A stretch of DNA of 63,246 nt, counting the filler, from Reclinomonas americana ATCC 50394 (taxonomy: Eukaryota): NCBI GenBank assembly GCA_048213135.1. It is 11 parts of 11 records of this genome, joined end to end, with 100 filler letters (N's around TTAATTAATTAA, not from the genome) between each part and the next. Parts side by side here need not be neighbours in the genome. Positions count along the whole stretch, not along the records: positions 51,215 to 60,071 come from AFZH01021658.1; positions 60,172 to 63,246 come from AFZH01021659.1; 9 more parts are not named here. One strand, written 5' to 3'. Shown piece by piece: positions 51,115 through 63,246 of the stretch. Every line of letters begins with the position of its first letter. The stretch's first letter is position 1. The notes beneath the pieces are model-generated. The model worked only from the letters and a program-made list of their open reading frames with translations. It was not told the DNA's origin and searched no databases. Made by a program: the position numbers and the translations under genes.

Positions 51115-52735
51115 NNNNNNNNNNNNNNNNNNNNNNNNNNNNNNNNNNNNNNNNNNNNTTAATTAATTAANNNNNNNNNNNNNNNNNNNNNNNNNNNNNN
51201 NNNNNNNNNNNNNNTGCCTCCACTCTTCTGTCTGTCTGTCGTTCCATTACTCCTCGCTCTCCTTTCATCCTCTCCCTCTCCACCCTACTCCCCACTCACT
51301 CACATCTCTTTCTTTCTCCCCTCTTCCCTCACCCCTCTCCCCTCTCCCTCACATGCGCGTTTGTTTGTCGACAGGCGTGAAGTGCGCAAGCGACCGGCCT
51401 TCCGGCGCACCACCAGCCTCGACTCCAACGAGAGCATCGAGCCTCTGTCACCGGCGAATCCGCGGGTGAATGTGGCGCCCATGTCGCTGCATCCGTCCGA
51501 CTTTTCGCTGGCTCCTGAACCGGAGGTGCCGGCCGACGCCGAGGACGATAAGGCCGTGTCGGAGCCCGATCGGGTGCGCGAGTCTCCCACCGGGGCGGCG
51601 GTGACAACGCGCAGCCTGCGGGCCGGTGTGGATGCGACCGACGACGACGCCGGCGACGACAGCAGTCAGGAGGCGATGCCGGCAGAGACGCTGCTTGCCG
51701 CGTCCATGTCGGAGCGGGGAGCCGGAGGAGGACCGTCGTCGTCAGCGGCAGCTTCAGCGGCCGCCGGAGCTCCGGAGGAGATCACTTCGGTGGCCTCGCC
51801 ATCGTCGGGTTTGGTCAGTTTTGGCCGCATGCTGCGCGACACACTGGAACGATACAACATTGCTCCAGCCCCCAAGCACTGGTTCTTTGTCGACCAGGTG
51901 AGAGGGAGGGAGGGAGCGGGGAGGGACAGAGTGGGCAATCCCTCTCTTTTTCGCTTTTCTCTGAAGTGCGGCTTGTGTAATTCAGATTCTGAGCGTCAAC
52001 AGCGTGAGCGGCGGCCAGTTCAGCGAAATGGGACCCGGTAATCGGCGTACCATTCGTGCCGTGGCACGCAAGTTTGAGCAATGTGCGTTGCGATGGATAT
52101 GCGGCCAGCAGCTCGATTGCATCATTCTCACACACCGTTGCAGCTTCACGCGGAGTACAACTGGTGTGCGTGCGCTGGCTGGAGTTGTCGCCAATGCCGC
52201 ACTCGAGCATGTCGTCGGCCGTGGCCGGCTTGGTCCGTGCGGGCAATCCACTCGAATCACCACCTCAGGAGGTTCATCTCTCTCTCTCTTCCCAAGCGTC
52301 ATGCTTTCGCTCCTTCCTTCCACTGACCGGCGCATGCATGCAGCGTGAAATCTTTGTGGAGACACCAGAAGGAGCCGAGCTGGTTGACGTGCTGCGCGTA
52401 CAACGCCGCGAGGCACAACTCCGTGCTCTCCGCCTGCTTTCCTCCTTGCAACACTCACACGTTCTGCGATCCACTCCGTATTCTTCGGAGAATCCACGGC
52501 ACGAGGGTCTCCTGCAGCAACTGTGGGACCAGGTTACGTACGGCAAACACCTCCATCCATGTCGATGACGGCAGTCTCACACCGCTGCGCGCCGCAGGTA
52601 TTCCCTGACACTCCGCTCGCCGCTCGTGTGACGGACCAGTGGAAGCGACTTGGGTTCCAGGTGCGTGTGTGTCTTCGTATGTGTGCGTGTGTCTTTCTCT
52701 CTTTGTTTCCCTTTTTCTTTGTCTCTGTCTTTCTG

Positions 52736-52769
<34 letters not shown>

Positions 52770-54088
52770 TGTTGCTGTATGTTTGAATAGGTGTCTTTTT
52801 CTCTTTTCTCTTTCTCTCTTTTCTTTCTTTTCCTGTCTTTCTCCCTATCTCTATTCTCTTTTCCTCGCTTTCTCTCTTCTTCTCTTCTCTCTTTGTTTCT
52901 CTTTCTCCCTTTCTCTCTCTTTCTCTCTCAATTTGTCCCTGTCCCCAATGTGTCACCAACCCTCGCTGCTCTTTCGCAGGGACGCGATCCTGCCACCGAC
53001 TTTCGGGGCATGGGCCTGCTGGGCCTGCACCAGATGCTGTACATGAGCAAGTGGTATCCGGACCTGACGCGCCAGTGCGTCGAGCAACACATGCGGTATC
53101 CGTTCGCCGTGACCTCGATCAACATCACCAGTCTGCTCGTCCGCGCGTGCGATATTGCTGCTGGTGAGTGAGAATTCAGTCCCCTCAGTTGTTGAGTACC
53201 TCCGTCGTCTCATGAATGCTGCGCTCTGCAGCCGAGATATGGAAGGAGAGCGAGCTCAAGGCAGACAGCTTGCCGCCGGCTGGCATGCCGGCGTCGCCAA
53301 CCTCTGCACTGCGCGACATGACAGAGGGGCAGCGCAAGGCCCTCAAGCATGTCAACGGCAATGCGCTGTTTTCGTTCCTCACCCGTGCCTCACTGTTCCA
53401 CAGTCCAGACGACATCTTCAACGAGGTGAGTGTGTGTCTGCGAAGTCTTTTCTTGCGGTCGCAGGTCGTGACTGTTACTGTGTGCGCACGCCAGGTTCAC
53501 GTGGCATACTTTGAGTGCTTGAACAAGGTCTACATTGAGAGCGATGGCGGCTATCTCGACTTCAACGAGGTGATGAGAGTGTGCGAGGAGCGGTTGGCAA
53601 TGGCGCTGTGCCCGCGATCGCAGGTACGACAGGCTGTGTGTGTGAGTGTGTGCCATTCTCTACAAACACAAAAACAGGACCCAACACGGATCCCCGTCGC
53701 ATCGCTGCCGGCGTTGCGCGAGGCTCTTCGTGTGACTACCATGCCGCCGGAGCTGCAGCGCATCGAGTTGAAGACAATCACTGACGAAATGTTCGCCTTG
53801 TCACCTGGTGCGTGGCCTGTCGTTCTCCGTCCCTTTGCCTTGCCCGAAAAGACTCACTCGTCGGTGGCAGAACAAGTCACGGACTTGAGCCGGCTCACCC
53901 AAGTGCACTCGGCGTCGGCGTCGCTCGAAGCCGTGCGTGACGCGCCTGTTGACATTCAGCGTGACGCAGAAGGAGACGAGGAGGTAGAAGAAGAGGAAGA
54001 CGGCGACGATGATGACGACGATGAAGAGGAGGAGGAGGGTGCGGCGGGCGCAAGCGGCAGTGGTACCGCTGCTGCGAGTGCCCTGTGA
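49502..54088 (+). CDS. PX-domain + ELMO-domain protein (spans two gaps)
   Basis: PX: YTEYTIRVTCRGSTWTVFR|RYREFHKLH..LPPFPGK..VRERRQLLGVYL..ELLAFL, a phase-0 join across the spacer. ELMO: HEGLLQQLWDQ|VFP..QWKRLGFQ|GRDPATDFRGMGLLGL..YPFAVTSINIT..W/Y...YLDFNEV. Acidic tail, TGA at 54088. Confidence 0.78.
49788..49873. repeat. (GA)n microsatellite, intronic, continuing after the gap to about 49996
   Basis: Direct inspection. Confidence 0.95.
49874..49973. other. Artificial assembly spacer
   Basis: N44-TTAATTAATTAA-N44. Confidence 0.98.
51115..51214. other. Artificial assembly spacer
   Basis: N44-TTAATTAATTAA-N44. Confidence 0.98.
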
Positions 54089-54246
54089 GACGCGTCTGTT
54101 CCTCGTCTCGCATCTTTCTTTGTTCTCATGGCGGTCGGGAGTGAACGAAAAAGAAACAGAGCACCTGTCGTTCTTGCACGCATTCACTTGTGTTCTTCTT
54201 CTTTATTCGCACCTCTTAACTCTTTTTTCATCTGTCCCGGCGCAGA

Positions 54247-57200
54247 TCACGTCGCAGTGACCACACCGAGTGACTTGGACGCGCGCTCGTCCGGCACGTC
54301 CAACGTGCCGCTCGGCTCGCCGCCCGATCCCACCAACGCCTCTAACATGTCCACACTATCCTTCTTTCTCGCTACGCTGCAAATATCGTACAAATCGTCC
54401 AGTGCATCCAGCAATGTGGCCGATGACCACGCCTGCAGCCAACCTGCGTAAGTCTCGAAACAGGAACACAGTGTAGAGGGACGGCACCACAAACCTGCGT
54501 CTCACAGCTGAACCGACAGTGCGCGCCACCCTCGTTCGTCAACTCCGGCAACCCGCGGTACGGCCCGTTGATCGCCGACACGTGTTGTTGCAGCAACCGG
54601 AAGATGTAGTAGGAGATACTTTAGCGCAAAAAAAATGTACGTCAGCACGTGCAAACAAAAGAGGATCGGTGCAAGTGGACGCAGACAAACCGGCCCGGCT
54701 CGCAAGAAGCAAAACGCGAGTCGAAACGCATCTGTTTCGGGAGCGACACAAGGAGGGTGAGAATCAAGAGAGCCAATCAATGTAAAGCAAAACAGCAGAA
54801 ACAGCAAACCTTGGCTCGCAAGTAGTATCCGAGTGGCCACAGCCTGGTGTCGACGGCGAGTGGTTGAGAAGACAATTTCACAACGGTTCATGGGATCAAC
54901 AACGCGCAGTCTCACCACTCGGGACCCTGATGATAATTGAAGCCTCGCGCCACCGAATAGTCCTCCGAGTCCAGGCTGTTGTCGTACACGGGCCTGTAGG
55001 CCCAGTCAGCCGGATCCAGTGTCTTCATCTGCGAGTACGCAGAGGTAAGACAATGGATGGATGGGAAGATCATGCTCGCCACCAACGCACCCCCAGCTTG
55101 GACACCAAGACTTGCTCGACCATCTTCAGCGCGTGCGCCGCATGCTCGTGCACAAAGAGCTCCGGCGCCACGCACATGGCCACACATTGGTTTGGTCGCA
55201 ACTGGTAATCGGTGAACTGATCCGTGCTCCGGTACACATCCTTGTAGATGCCACGACGATGCACCAACGACGGCGTAATGTCATACGTGTTGGCGTAGTC
55301 AGCCAGATCGGAGGCACTTCCCGCCGATGTCATGCTCGACGAGCACGACAGGCCGAGCTTGTCCAGTGCCGCAGAGGAGCCTCCAAAGTCTGCCGGAACC
55401 CCAGAGAATGAAAACATGTGACGATTGAAGAGGAAATCACCGCCAAACTCACCAGTCAGGCTCGTCGACGTGACCAGCCGCATGGAAGTTGACGTGGCGG
55501 GGATGTAGAAGCACCGCTCAAAGTTCTCAAACACCAACGCTGAACATCACACACACGCAGCGCAGTCAGCACATGCCAAGCGAGCGGGGCACGCAAAGTG
55601 TTGAAGAGGGAGGGCAGTGCGTACCTTGCCAGTCGCTGTAGAAGAACGTCTCCTCAGTGTCAAAGAGGAACACGCCGGCGTACGGGAACGCATCGGGATC
55701 CGAGCTCTGCAACTCGCTCAACCACCGCAGAGTGGAGAACAGGAGACCGGCAATCTCGATGGGGCACCCGTCACGGGGGGTGGCTGGAATGCCAAAGTTG
55801 TTGGCCACGGTGCTCTCGCCCACCTTGTCCATCCATGTGCCTGTGGGGAAAATGGGGTTCAGCGAGTCGTCGGCGTAGTGCAGCAACTCGTCACGAGGAT
55901 GCACGAACCGGCATTGAACTTGTTGCCGCCAAAGAGAAGACCAGTCTCGCGATCCAGATCAATGTCGACATTGAAGCCATCGGATGTCTGCGAGAGACAA
56001 CGAATGAGCCACGCGCGTCACAAAGCACAGGCAAGGCAATAATGAGTCCATTCACGCACCATGCGCTCGTCAATGTCCTTGCCGGCATTCCACTGCAGTA
56101 CGATCGATGAGTAATGCGCACGCGAGCAGTAAATCATGGGCCCCCAACAATACACACCTCGCGGAAGTGAATGCCATTGGCGTGCTCCTCCATAATGGAC
56201 TGGATAACATCACGCAGCGGCACTGTGGACTCTTGCGCAGCCGGTGTCTCGCGACGATTCTCACGGCGTCGCACCGTGGCCTCACGGCGGTGCGGCAAGC
56301 TGCGCGGACTCGACGCCGACTTGCCGCTGCTGCTGAGACTCATGGTTGGCGACCGCGCCGACGCGTGCGGGGATGGTGACCGAGATGCCGACTGTTGCAG
56401 GGAATACCATTCAGCTAATCACGCACGCACTCGGACACAAAAAGACAGCAAGCCGCGCACCACCGATCGGCCAGAGTCCTCCTGCACGTGGATGGTGCGC
56501 GGATCGGGGCGATGGATCGGGAAGCGCAGCTCCACCGGCTTGTCCAGAATGGCCAGCCCGTCGGAGGGGTGCATGGTCACGTAGTCCTGCACCGCTTGCA
56601 GGAACCACCACACTATAGCGACGGGAAAAGAAGGATGAGTGAGCTTGCTTTGACTGAGCACCACAAGCACAACCGACCTGAATCGCGACTGTTGTATCGC
56701 GGATTCCGACCGCCGTCCTTTACACAAGGCACACAATCGTCAGCATGGAAGTCTGGAAGATACAAATACACACATGCGCGCACATACCAGCAAGTTGGGA
56801 ATGAGGCCGTGGCGCAGACACCTAGCAAACCCGATAATGACGTCCTCGGCCTCCTTGAAGCGTCCCGTAACCAGCATCAGGCCTGCCATGTCAACACGAA
56901 CATGAGTTCCTTCATTCGTACGATCGTGATAATGCCAATACTTGTGACGTACCACGCAGGGAAATGAACGTGTCGCGTCCCCAGGCGCGCATGTAGCCAG
57001 TCGCAAAGTGGTCCAGACCGGCGGCCAGACTCGGCGACGGGCTCTGCGCGCACGGCAATGAGACCAAACAATCCAAGCGGCAGCGACGCGCGGACCACCT
57101 CTCCCAAACCAACCTTGTCGTGCTCAATCGGTGCATTGGGAATGTTGCCAAAGAGCTGGATGCTGGTCAGCGCCAGCGCACGCGTGAAATCGCTAGCGTC

Positions 57201-60200
57201 GACCACCGACTGCAACGAATCGGCAACAGTTCAGAGGCACACGACTTCGAGAGAAGAGTGGGGAGAAGAATGCGCAACTCGACAATTGGCAGGCAGCAAC
57301 TGCAGTGCGCGGTTGCACAGCTCGCGGCACACGTTGGACATGATGACATCAAAGTACTTGGGACGCAGGTAGTGCGGGGTCTGTCGGAAGATCTCGCCAG
57401 TGGTGGCCATCCACTGCTGCAGCCGTCGTGCACTCGGCAAGTCGCCTAGTCTGGCCGACACGTACTCGTAGAGCCAATTGCCAGCACTGCAACGGGTGGC
57501 GTGTCAGCAACGACAACAGCATCGAGTGCATGCATATCTTTCCTTGTGCGCAGTACTCACCGAACGTTGCCATACACGGGATGGCCCAGATCACGCGAGG
57601 CACGGGCGACATCGAGCGCCCACTGGATCGACGAGAAGCCAGCGTACGGCAGCTGTTGGAATCCAGGAATGCCATACGAGCCTCGGCCAAACGATGCCTG
57701 CTCTTCCGCATTGCAGCGGAACAAGACGTAGTTCAGTCCGACCAGGTCCAGCTCAGAGCACGCCTCGCGCAGTGAGTCGCGGAGAGGAGCGCGCGACGGA
57801 TTGCCACTGAAGCGAGATGAGACACACAGCATCGCAGTAGAAAAGAGGGGCAGATGTGAACTGGCACGCACCACCACAACTCGGTCAGCGGTGTCAAGCG
57901 AACGGCCAGAGTCGGATTGGAGATGGAGAACACAGCAACGGAACCCGGCGGGAAGAGCGTCATCTAGAAAGACACATATTCAGTCAGCGATAAGGCAGCA
58001 ACGCACGTCCACTGTGTGTGCGTGTGCACGCAACATCCACTGTCAACTCGTCATGCTTCCATCCGGGTGTCTCATCGCTTTCGACACGGCGCACCGAGTA
58101 GAACGAGCCGAGGCTGTGCACTTCGGCGGGCAGACCATGCAGAATGTGGTCACGCTTGCCTTGTGAACCGTGCGAATCCTGTGGCATGGCGAGTGAGGGA
58201 CAGAAACACGCACTTCAGGGACGAGAGGGACGCACATCCTTCGGTTCCACCACACCCGACCACAGGAACAACTCGAGCTCGCCGGGGAGCGACACCTCGA
58301 TGGACGATTGCGAGGCTACGCAGAGGGAGTGAGTCGGGGATGGATCACATGACCACCAGCGAACAGCGGACGCAACAGCGGCAGCTGGCAATGGCCGAAC
58401 GCACAATCATGAGGAAGCCGTGATGTGTTTCGGCTCGGTACCGCAGAATGGCATGCACGTCACTGCACTTTTGATCCACGAACAACTCATTGTAGCCGTG
58501 CCGTCCCATATGGTCGTGCAATCGGCTCAAGAACTGGAGGGGGAGGAGATTACTGAGAAGATGCACTGACGAGAAGGAGCGGGGAAACCCAAGAAACCTT
58601 GCGCGCACTGCTAATGCCAATCTGGTCCAGGATGTCGCCGTGCGGCAGCGCCGGCAGCAGGTTGTCACGCAGCGACTCGGGTTCCGACTCGGGACCCACG
58701 CAGTACGACTCGGCACCGGTCTCCGAGACACTGCGAGAGACGTGGAGAGGGAAAAGTCAGCGAACTGTGTCAACACAAGGAGGTACATGCACACACAACT
58801 CGAGTTGGAAGGTGGAGCCGCGAGTCGTGATTGCCGTCTGCTGAGCATGCGCAGGGGTGACGTACTGCAATGGAAAAGACAAATAGGGCGCGTAAGAACA
58901 TTGTCAACTCTCGAGGACGTGGCAAGTCGCGGTCGTGTACCTGCGGATACAGACGCTTCTCGTGCACCACGTGGACATTTTCGCGGAACAGCTCGTCGTG
59001 ACCCTTGACGGAGCCGACGGGGCATGCACACATGCAAACCATGGCGGTGGTCGGCAACACATCCTGCACGCCGCGCCGTTGCACAATGGTCTCATTGTCG
59101 TGCGTCACGTCGAAGAAGATCGAGGCGGGGCGGGAGGGCAGCAGCGGTCGCACAACACGGCCTTCCGAATCAAAGGTGACACTGCAACAGAACATGATGA
59201 ATGTCAAACGGGATGAACGCGGAGAATGCAACTGCGGAACAATGGTGACGGAACTCGGCAAACGGAGTGCCCACACTCTCGCCGCAGCCAAAGCGGTGAA
59301 CGAGGCTACGCCACAACAGGCAGGCACGAAGGTGAGAACGAGGAGAGTGCAGCGACTCTTTTGAGCGCATGGGGAGCTGACTCACCGTCCAAGCTCATGC
59401 GCATCGTTGGCATGCACACTTTCGCGCAACAGGCAGTCGACGCCGAGGTGCGATACGAACCACGAGTCGATCTCGTCAGAGCCGGTGAACAACTCGCCGA
59501 AAACAAACAGGTTTGGTCGCACTTCGCGCGCCTTGTCGAGCATGTACTGGCCGACGTGGACGGGGGTGGAGTGCGCATTGTCGATGCGGAAGCCGTGGAA
59601 GATGCGAGCCTGTGTCACGTGAGAGAGAGAGAGAGAGGAGGGAGGAGGGGAGAGAGAGGAGGGAGGAGGGGAGAGAGAGGGAGGCAGAGACAGACAGAGC
59701 GACAGAGAGACAGAATCAGACAGAGCGACAGAGAGACAGAATCAGACAGAGCGACAGAGAGACAGAATCAGACAGAGAGAGACAGAGAGAGAGAGAGAGA
59801 ATGAGCTCTCTGATCAGTTGCTGCTCCACCCTGACACACTAACGCACCATCCACTGCGTGTACATGGTCATGCGATCCCACAGCGGAGGGCACGACTGCT
59901 CATTGGCGCCGAATCGGAGCTTGACACAGTCGCCCCAAATCACCACCTCGCGTCGCAAGTAAGCCTTGCTTTTCTCTGCGTGCACGGCGACAGTCAGGCC
60001 AACGACGAGCACCAGTGGTTTCGCGTGTGCAACACACCGCTGACAAAGTCCTCGTGACCAGGTCGACCAAANNNNNNNNNNNNNNNNNNNNNNNNNNNNN
60101 NNNNNNNNNNNNNNNTTAATTAATTAANNNNNNNNNNNNNNNNNNNNNNNNNNNNNNNNNNNNNNNNNNNNCATCCACCCATTGTTGGCCAGGTGCACGC

Positions 60201-63080
60201 GCTCGCGATTCCTCTGATTGACGACGGTGGTGAAGTATGGTCGAGTGACAGGGTGCCAGGGAGTAATGGGTCCGTCCTTGGGGCCACGCGGGTCCAATCG
60301 TGTCCACCTGTGTGTCAATGTCAGCAACGTTGGGGCGGGTGTAATGGCAGTCAGATTAACACATCGCAACTTCATCTCGTTGCGAATGGCGTTGAAGGCG
60401 CACTCCATGTCACCGTGGTACTCGGCCATCAGGGGCGCGTTGATCGCGTCCAGTGCACGACGGAACTGAGCAATGCGGAACTCGATCTCACCGCGGTTGT
60501 CGCACTGCGGCACGTTGAACAACGACAGCGCAGTCTCCAGACGGACGCACAGCGAGAAGCTGCAGGTGGTGGTGGAAGTGAGCGTAGGGAAGCTTTACCT
60601 CTTTAACATATTGTCACTTACCGGTCACGAGAGCTGCGACGGAAGATGCCCTTGTCGCGCAGCGTCTCCACCTTGCGCTCAAACGACCACTCATTGACTT
60701 CGACACCAAAGTTCTGGAAGTACTTGCCTCGTGTCAGTGCCGAGCGCAAGTCGTGCACGTGTTGATCCACTTGCAGCGTGTAGTACTCCCACAGACACAG
60801 TTCCGACAGGACACTAAGAACATGGAAGGGTGAGACACAATGCGACGACTCGACAAGAAAAACCGCGGCGCGTACTCAACTCGCTCTTCATCTTCTCCAC
60901 CAGTGCGTCGACCTCTTCGCCCGTGTTCACCACGTTGCTGAAGCCGGGGATTTTCTTCTGATACAGTGACAGACTCCACTCGTAGAGCGCGTTGTCGAGA
61001 GCGTAGGCACTCTTCAGGTGCGGCGAGTTGCGCAGATTGTAGCCACACTCGGGGAACTCGCGGAGCCACTGAGGAGAGGCGGCGCAATCAATATCGCGAT
61101 CGGAAAAGGATTCGTGAATATGTGTCGCTCACCTGGCTGTCGGCACTGGTGTGATTGTACACCATGTCCACCACGCACAGGCAGTGAAAGTAGCGCTCCA
61201 GCTGACTGATTTGGTTCTCTGTGCAAGGGTGAATGAGAGAGAGAGGGAGAGAGGGAGAGAGATGACCCACTCACCCAGCATGCTGAACTGGTCATCCAAA
61301 CTCGGCACGGCTCCGGCGGCGTCTGCCGGGAAGATGGAGGCACCAAATGCCAGCTGATCGGCCAAGCTGTACGCACTGTGTGACAGACGGAGAAGGGATC
61401 AGTGCCTTCATTCATAAGCACGCAGGGGAAATGGAGCGGGAGATACCTGTCGGACTTGCCGATGCGTTGCACGGGGGTAAAGTGCAGCACGTTGTAGCCG
61501 TTGTGATGCGTCAGCGCCATGTGCGAGAACCACTCCTCCAACGGACCCAGCGTCTTGGTGATCAGCTGCCAATCACGTGATGGGCACAAGTGAGTCAAAC
61601 GGATGAGGTGAGCAGTCCAGGCAGTTGCAGCGCGTACCGACTGCAAACTGATGCTCGCCAGCGCCAGCGGGTGGCCATTGATGGCCAGCAGTGGTCGCAC
61701 AATGATTTGGACTGGAGTTTCACATTGCCAACGTCAGCACATCACGCGGGATAAGGAGGGAGGGAGAGATGAATGCATGCAGCACGAAACAGTAATCGGT
61801 GCGGTATCGATTGGCCACGTCGTAGCCGTAGGTCACGTACAGATCCATGCTGCCCGGGTGAACCATCTTGACGGTGGCACACAGGTCGCCCAAGCAGCCG
61901 GCGTTGCGACCATATCTGTGAGAGGGGAAGGGAGATAAGGGGGAAGGGGATATGGGGGAGGGGGATAAGGGGAAAGGAGGGGATGGAGAGGGGCAGAGAG
62001 AGAGAAGAGTAAAGAGATTAAGAAACCTTTAGTACGGAGGGGAGAGGGAGCAGACGAGCAGAGAGAAGAACAAATGCAGCGACGGACAGTTGACAGCAAT
62101 GAACAATGGATGGCAGAGGCTGCACAGTGAGCGTGAGAGAGAGTGAGAAAGAGACAGAGAGATGCAAGATGTTCGTCAGACTGAACGCAGGCCACAGCGC
62201 TTCTCTTTGTCTCTCCACAGACAACGACACAGACGAGAGAAGGCGATACGGAAGGAGGAAGGAGGAAGAGAGAAAAGGAATGAGACAGGACGATGTGCAT
62301 AAATGCACTGCCTGCACGCCGCGGTACTGGTCTGTGTCCCCAAAACAAAGAAGAATGGAGACAAGAGAGTGAAGCCAACGGAATGAGACGCCCCGCGCTA
62401 TTGGTCAGACTGAATGCGTGGCCTGCACGCCAGGGTACTGCTCTTCTTGTCTCCCAGACAACGACATACAGATGGAGGACGCACAGAGAGAAAAAGAATG
62501 AGAGAGGATTGTCAATTTCTGTTGGCGACGTGCACGAATGCATGGTCTGCACGCCAGGGTTCTGCGCTGTGTCCCCAAAACATAGCAGAATGGAGACAGG
62601 AGCGGAAGAGGACGCACAGAAAGATAATTCTCTCTCGGATCCGTTGCCGGAAGAGTGGCGTATCGCTGTTTCTTCTCATAGAGCAGCGGAGTGCCGACAA
62701 CGGGGAAGATAGAGGGAGACTTAAACAGAGAGCGAGAGAGACTGCGTGCACTGCCTGCACGCGAGCGCACTGCCCAATCTCTCCCCCACAAACAACGTAA
62801 TAGCTGAGTGACGACAAGGATAGAGAGACAGAGAGATGTTTCGTCACCCTCTCCCTGCCTCCCTGTCCCCTCCCTGCCTCTCCCTCCCTCTTGCAGAGGT
62901 ACGCAACGGCCTGCAATCAATGCTGCGGAACTCGCGTCGCTGAAACGCCTGTCCACTGGCCATGGGCGCATTCGTCCACAGCACCGGATCCTGACACGCC
63001 GGCGACTGTCGTTGCACAATCACACACACCTCGTCGCCAACATCCACACACCACGTGCCGCGTCGATCGGCCTCGCGAAC
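54247..63080 (-). CDS. AGL: Glycogen debranching enzyme (4-alpha-glucanotransferase / amylo-alpha-1,6-glucosidase), eukaryotic type, >30 exons (5' partial; spans a gap)
   Basis: [134 protein letters not shown] and QAWS. Confidence 0.95.
59689..59800. repeat. Intronic 26-bp tandem repeat (about 3 copies) with GA tracts
   Basis: GACAGAGCGACAGAGAGACAGAATCA repeated in tandem. Confidence 0.85.
60072..60171. other. Artificial assembly spacer
   Basis: N44-TTAATTAATTAA-N44. Confidence 0.98.
62170..62810. repeat. Degenerate tandem repeat (about 110/230 bp period) in the ~1-kb AGL intron (61916-62907)
   Basis: GTCAGACTGAA at about 62175 and 62404; G(C/T)CTGCACGC at about 62310, 62420, 62545 and 62753; CTGTGTCCCCAAAACA..GAATGGAGACA twice. 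Confidence 0.7.
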
Positions 63081-63087
63081 CTAAGAA

Positions 63088-63177
63088 CAGAGAGAGAGAG
63101 AGAGAGAGTGAGAGAGAGGGAGAGAGAGGGAGAGAGAGGGAGTGAAGGAGGGAGAAAAGAGAGGGAGAAAGAGAGAG

Positions 63178-63231
<54 letters not shown>

Positions 63232-63246
63232 GAGAGAGAGAGAGAG
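63088..63246. repeat. (GA)n microsatellite, forming the AGL intronic pyrimidine tract on the minus strand
   Basis: Direct inspection. Confidence 0.9.

Overview
Eukaryotic DNA from a GC-rich, compact, intron-dense genome, most likely a protist that I cannot identify from this window. It comes as 11 sequence blocks joined by ten artificial 100-bp spacers (N44-TTAATTAATTAA-N44). Two genes run in phase across spacers, so block order looks real. The ORF track is misleading because genes are broken by many 50-80 nt GT-AG introns, so I rebuilt gene models by hand. About 21 genes result. Minus strand, 1-9.3 kb: an MGCGGSK-type N-acylated protein, two paralogous membrane RING-HC ligases flanking an LRR gene, and an SH3 protein. 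Next come a secreted legume-type lectin, a hypothetical protein, a WD40 protein, TBC1D20, the PA2G4 3' end, an HNH protein, ACOT9-like thioesterase, a CDK9-like kinase, an N-BAR protein, a cytochrome b5 reductase-like gene and a hypothetical protein. The last part holds a giant (>17 kb) surface-protein gene (cadherin-like x12, NHL, beta-helix, multi-pass TM), a TPR protein, a PX+ELMO protein and glycogen debranching enzyme (AGL). The most striking signal is a frequent class of one-base-shifted 5' splice sites (GTTGCGT/GTTTCGT/GTTGAGT). At least 25 introns use it, validated by restored protein motifs and kept at homologous introns of duplicated domains. Second is the giant cadherin-NHL-beta-helix-multipass receptor/adhesin. 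No rRNA, tRNA, CRISPR or autonomous transposon was recognised, and the standard genetic code fits. All product calls come from motif recognition by eye, not from database searches.
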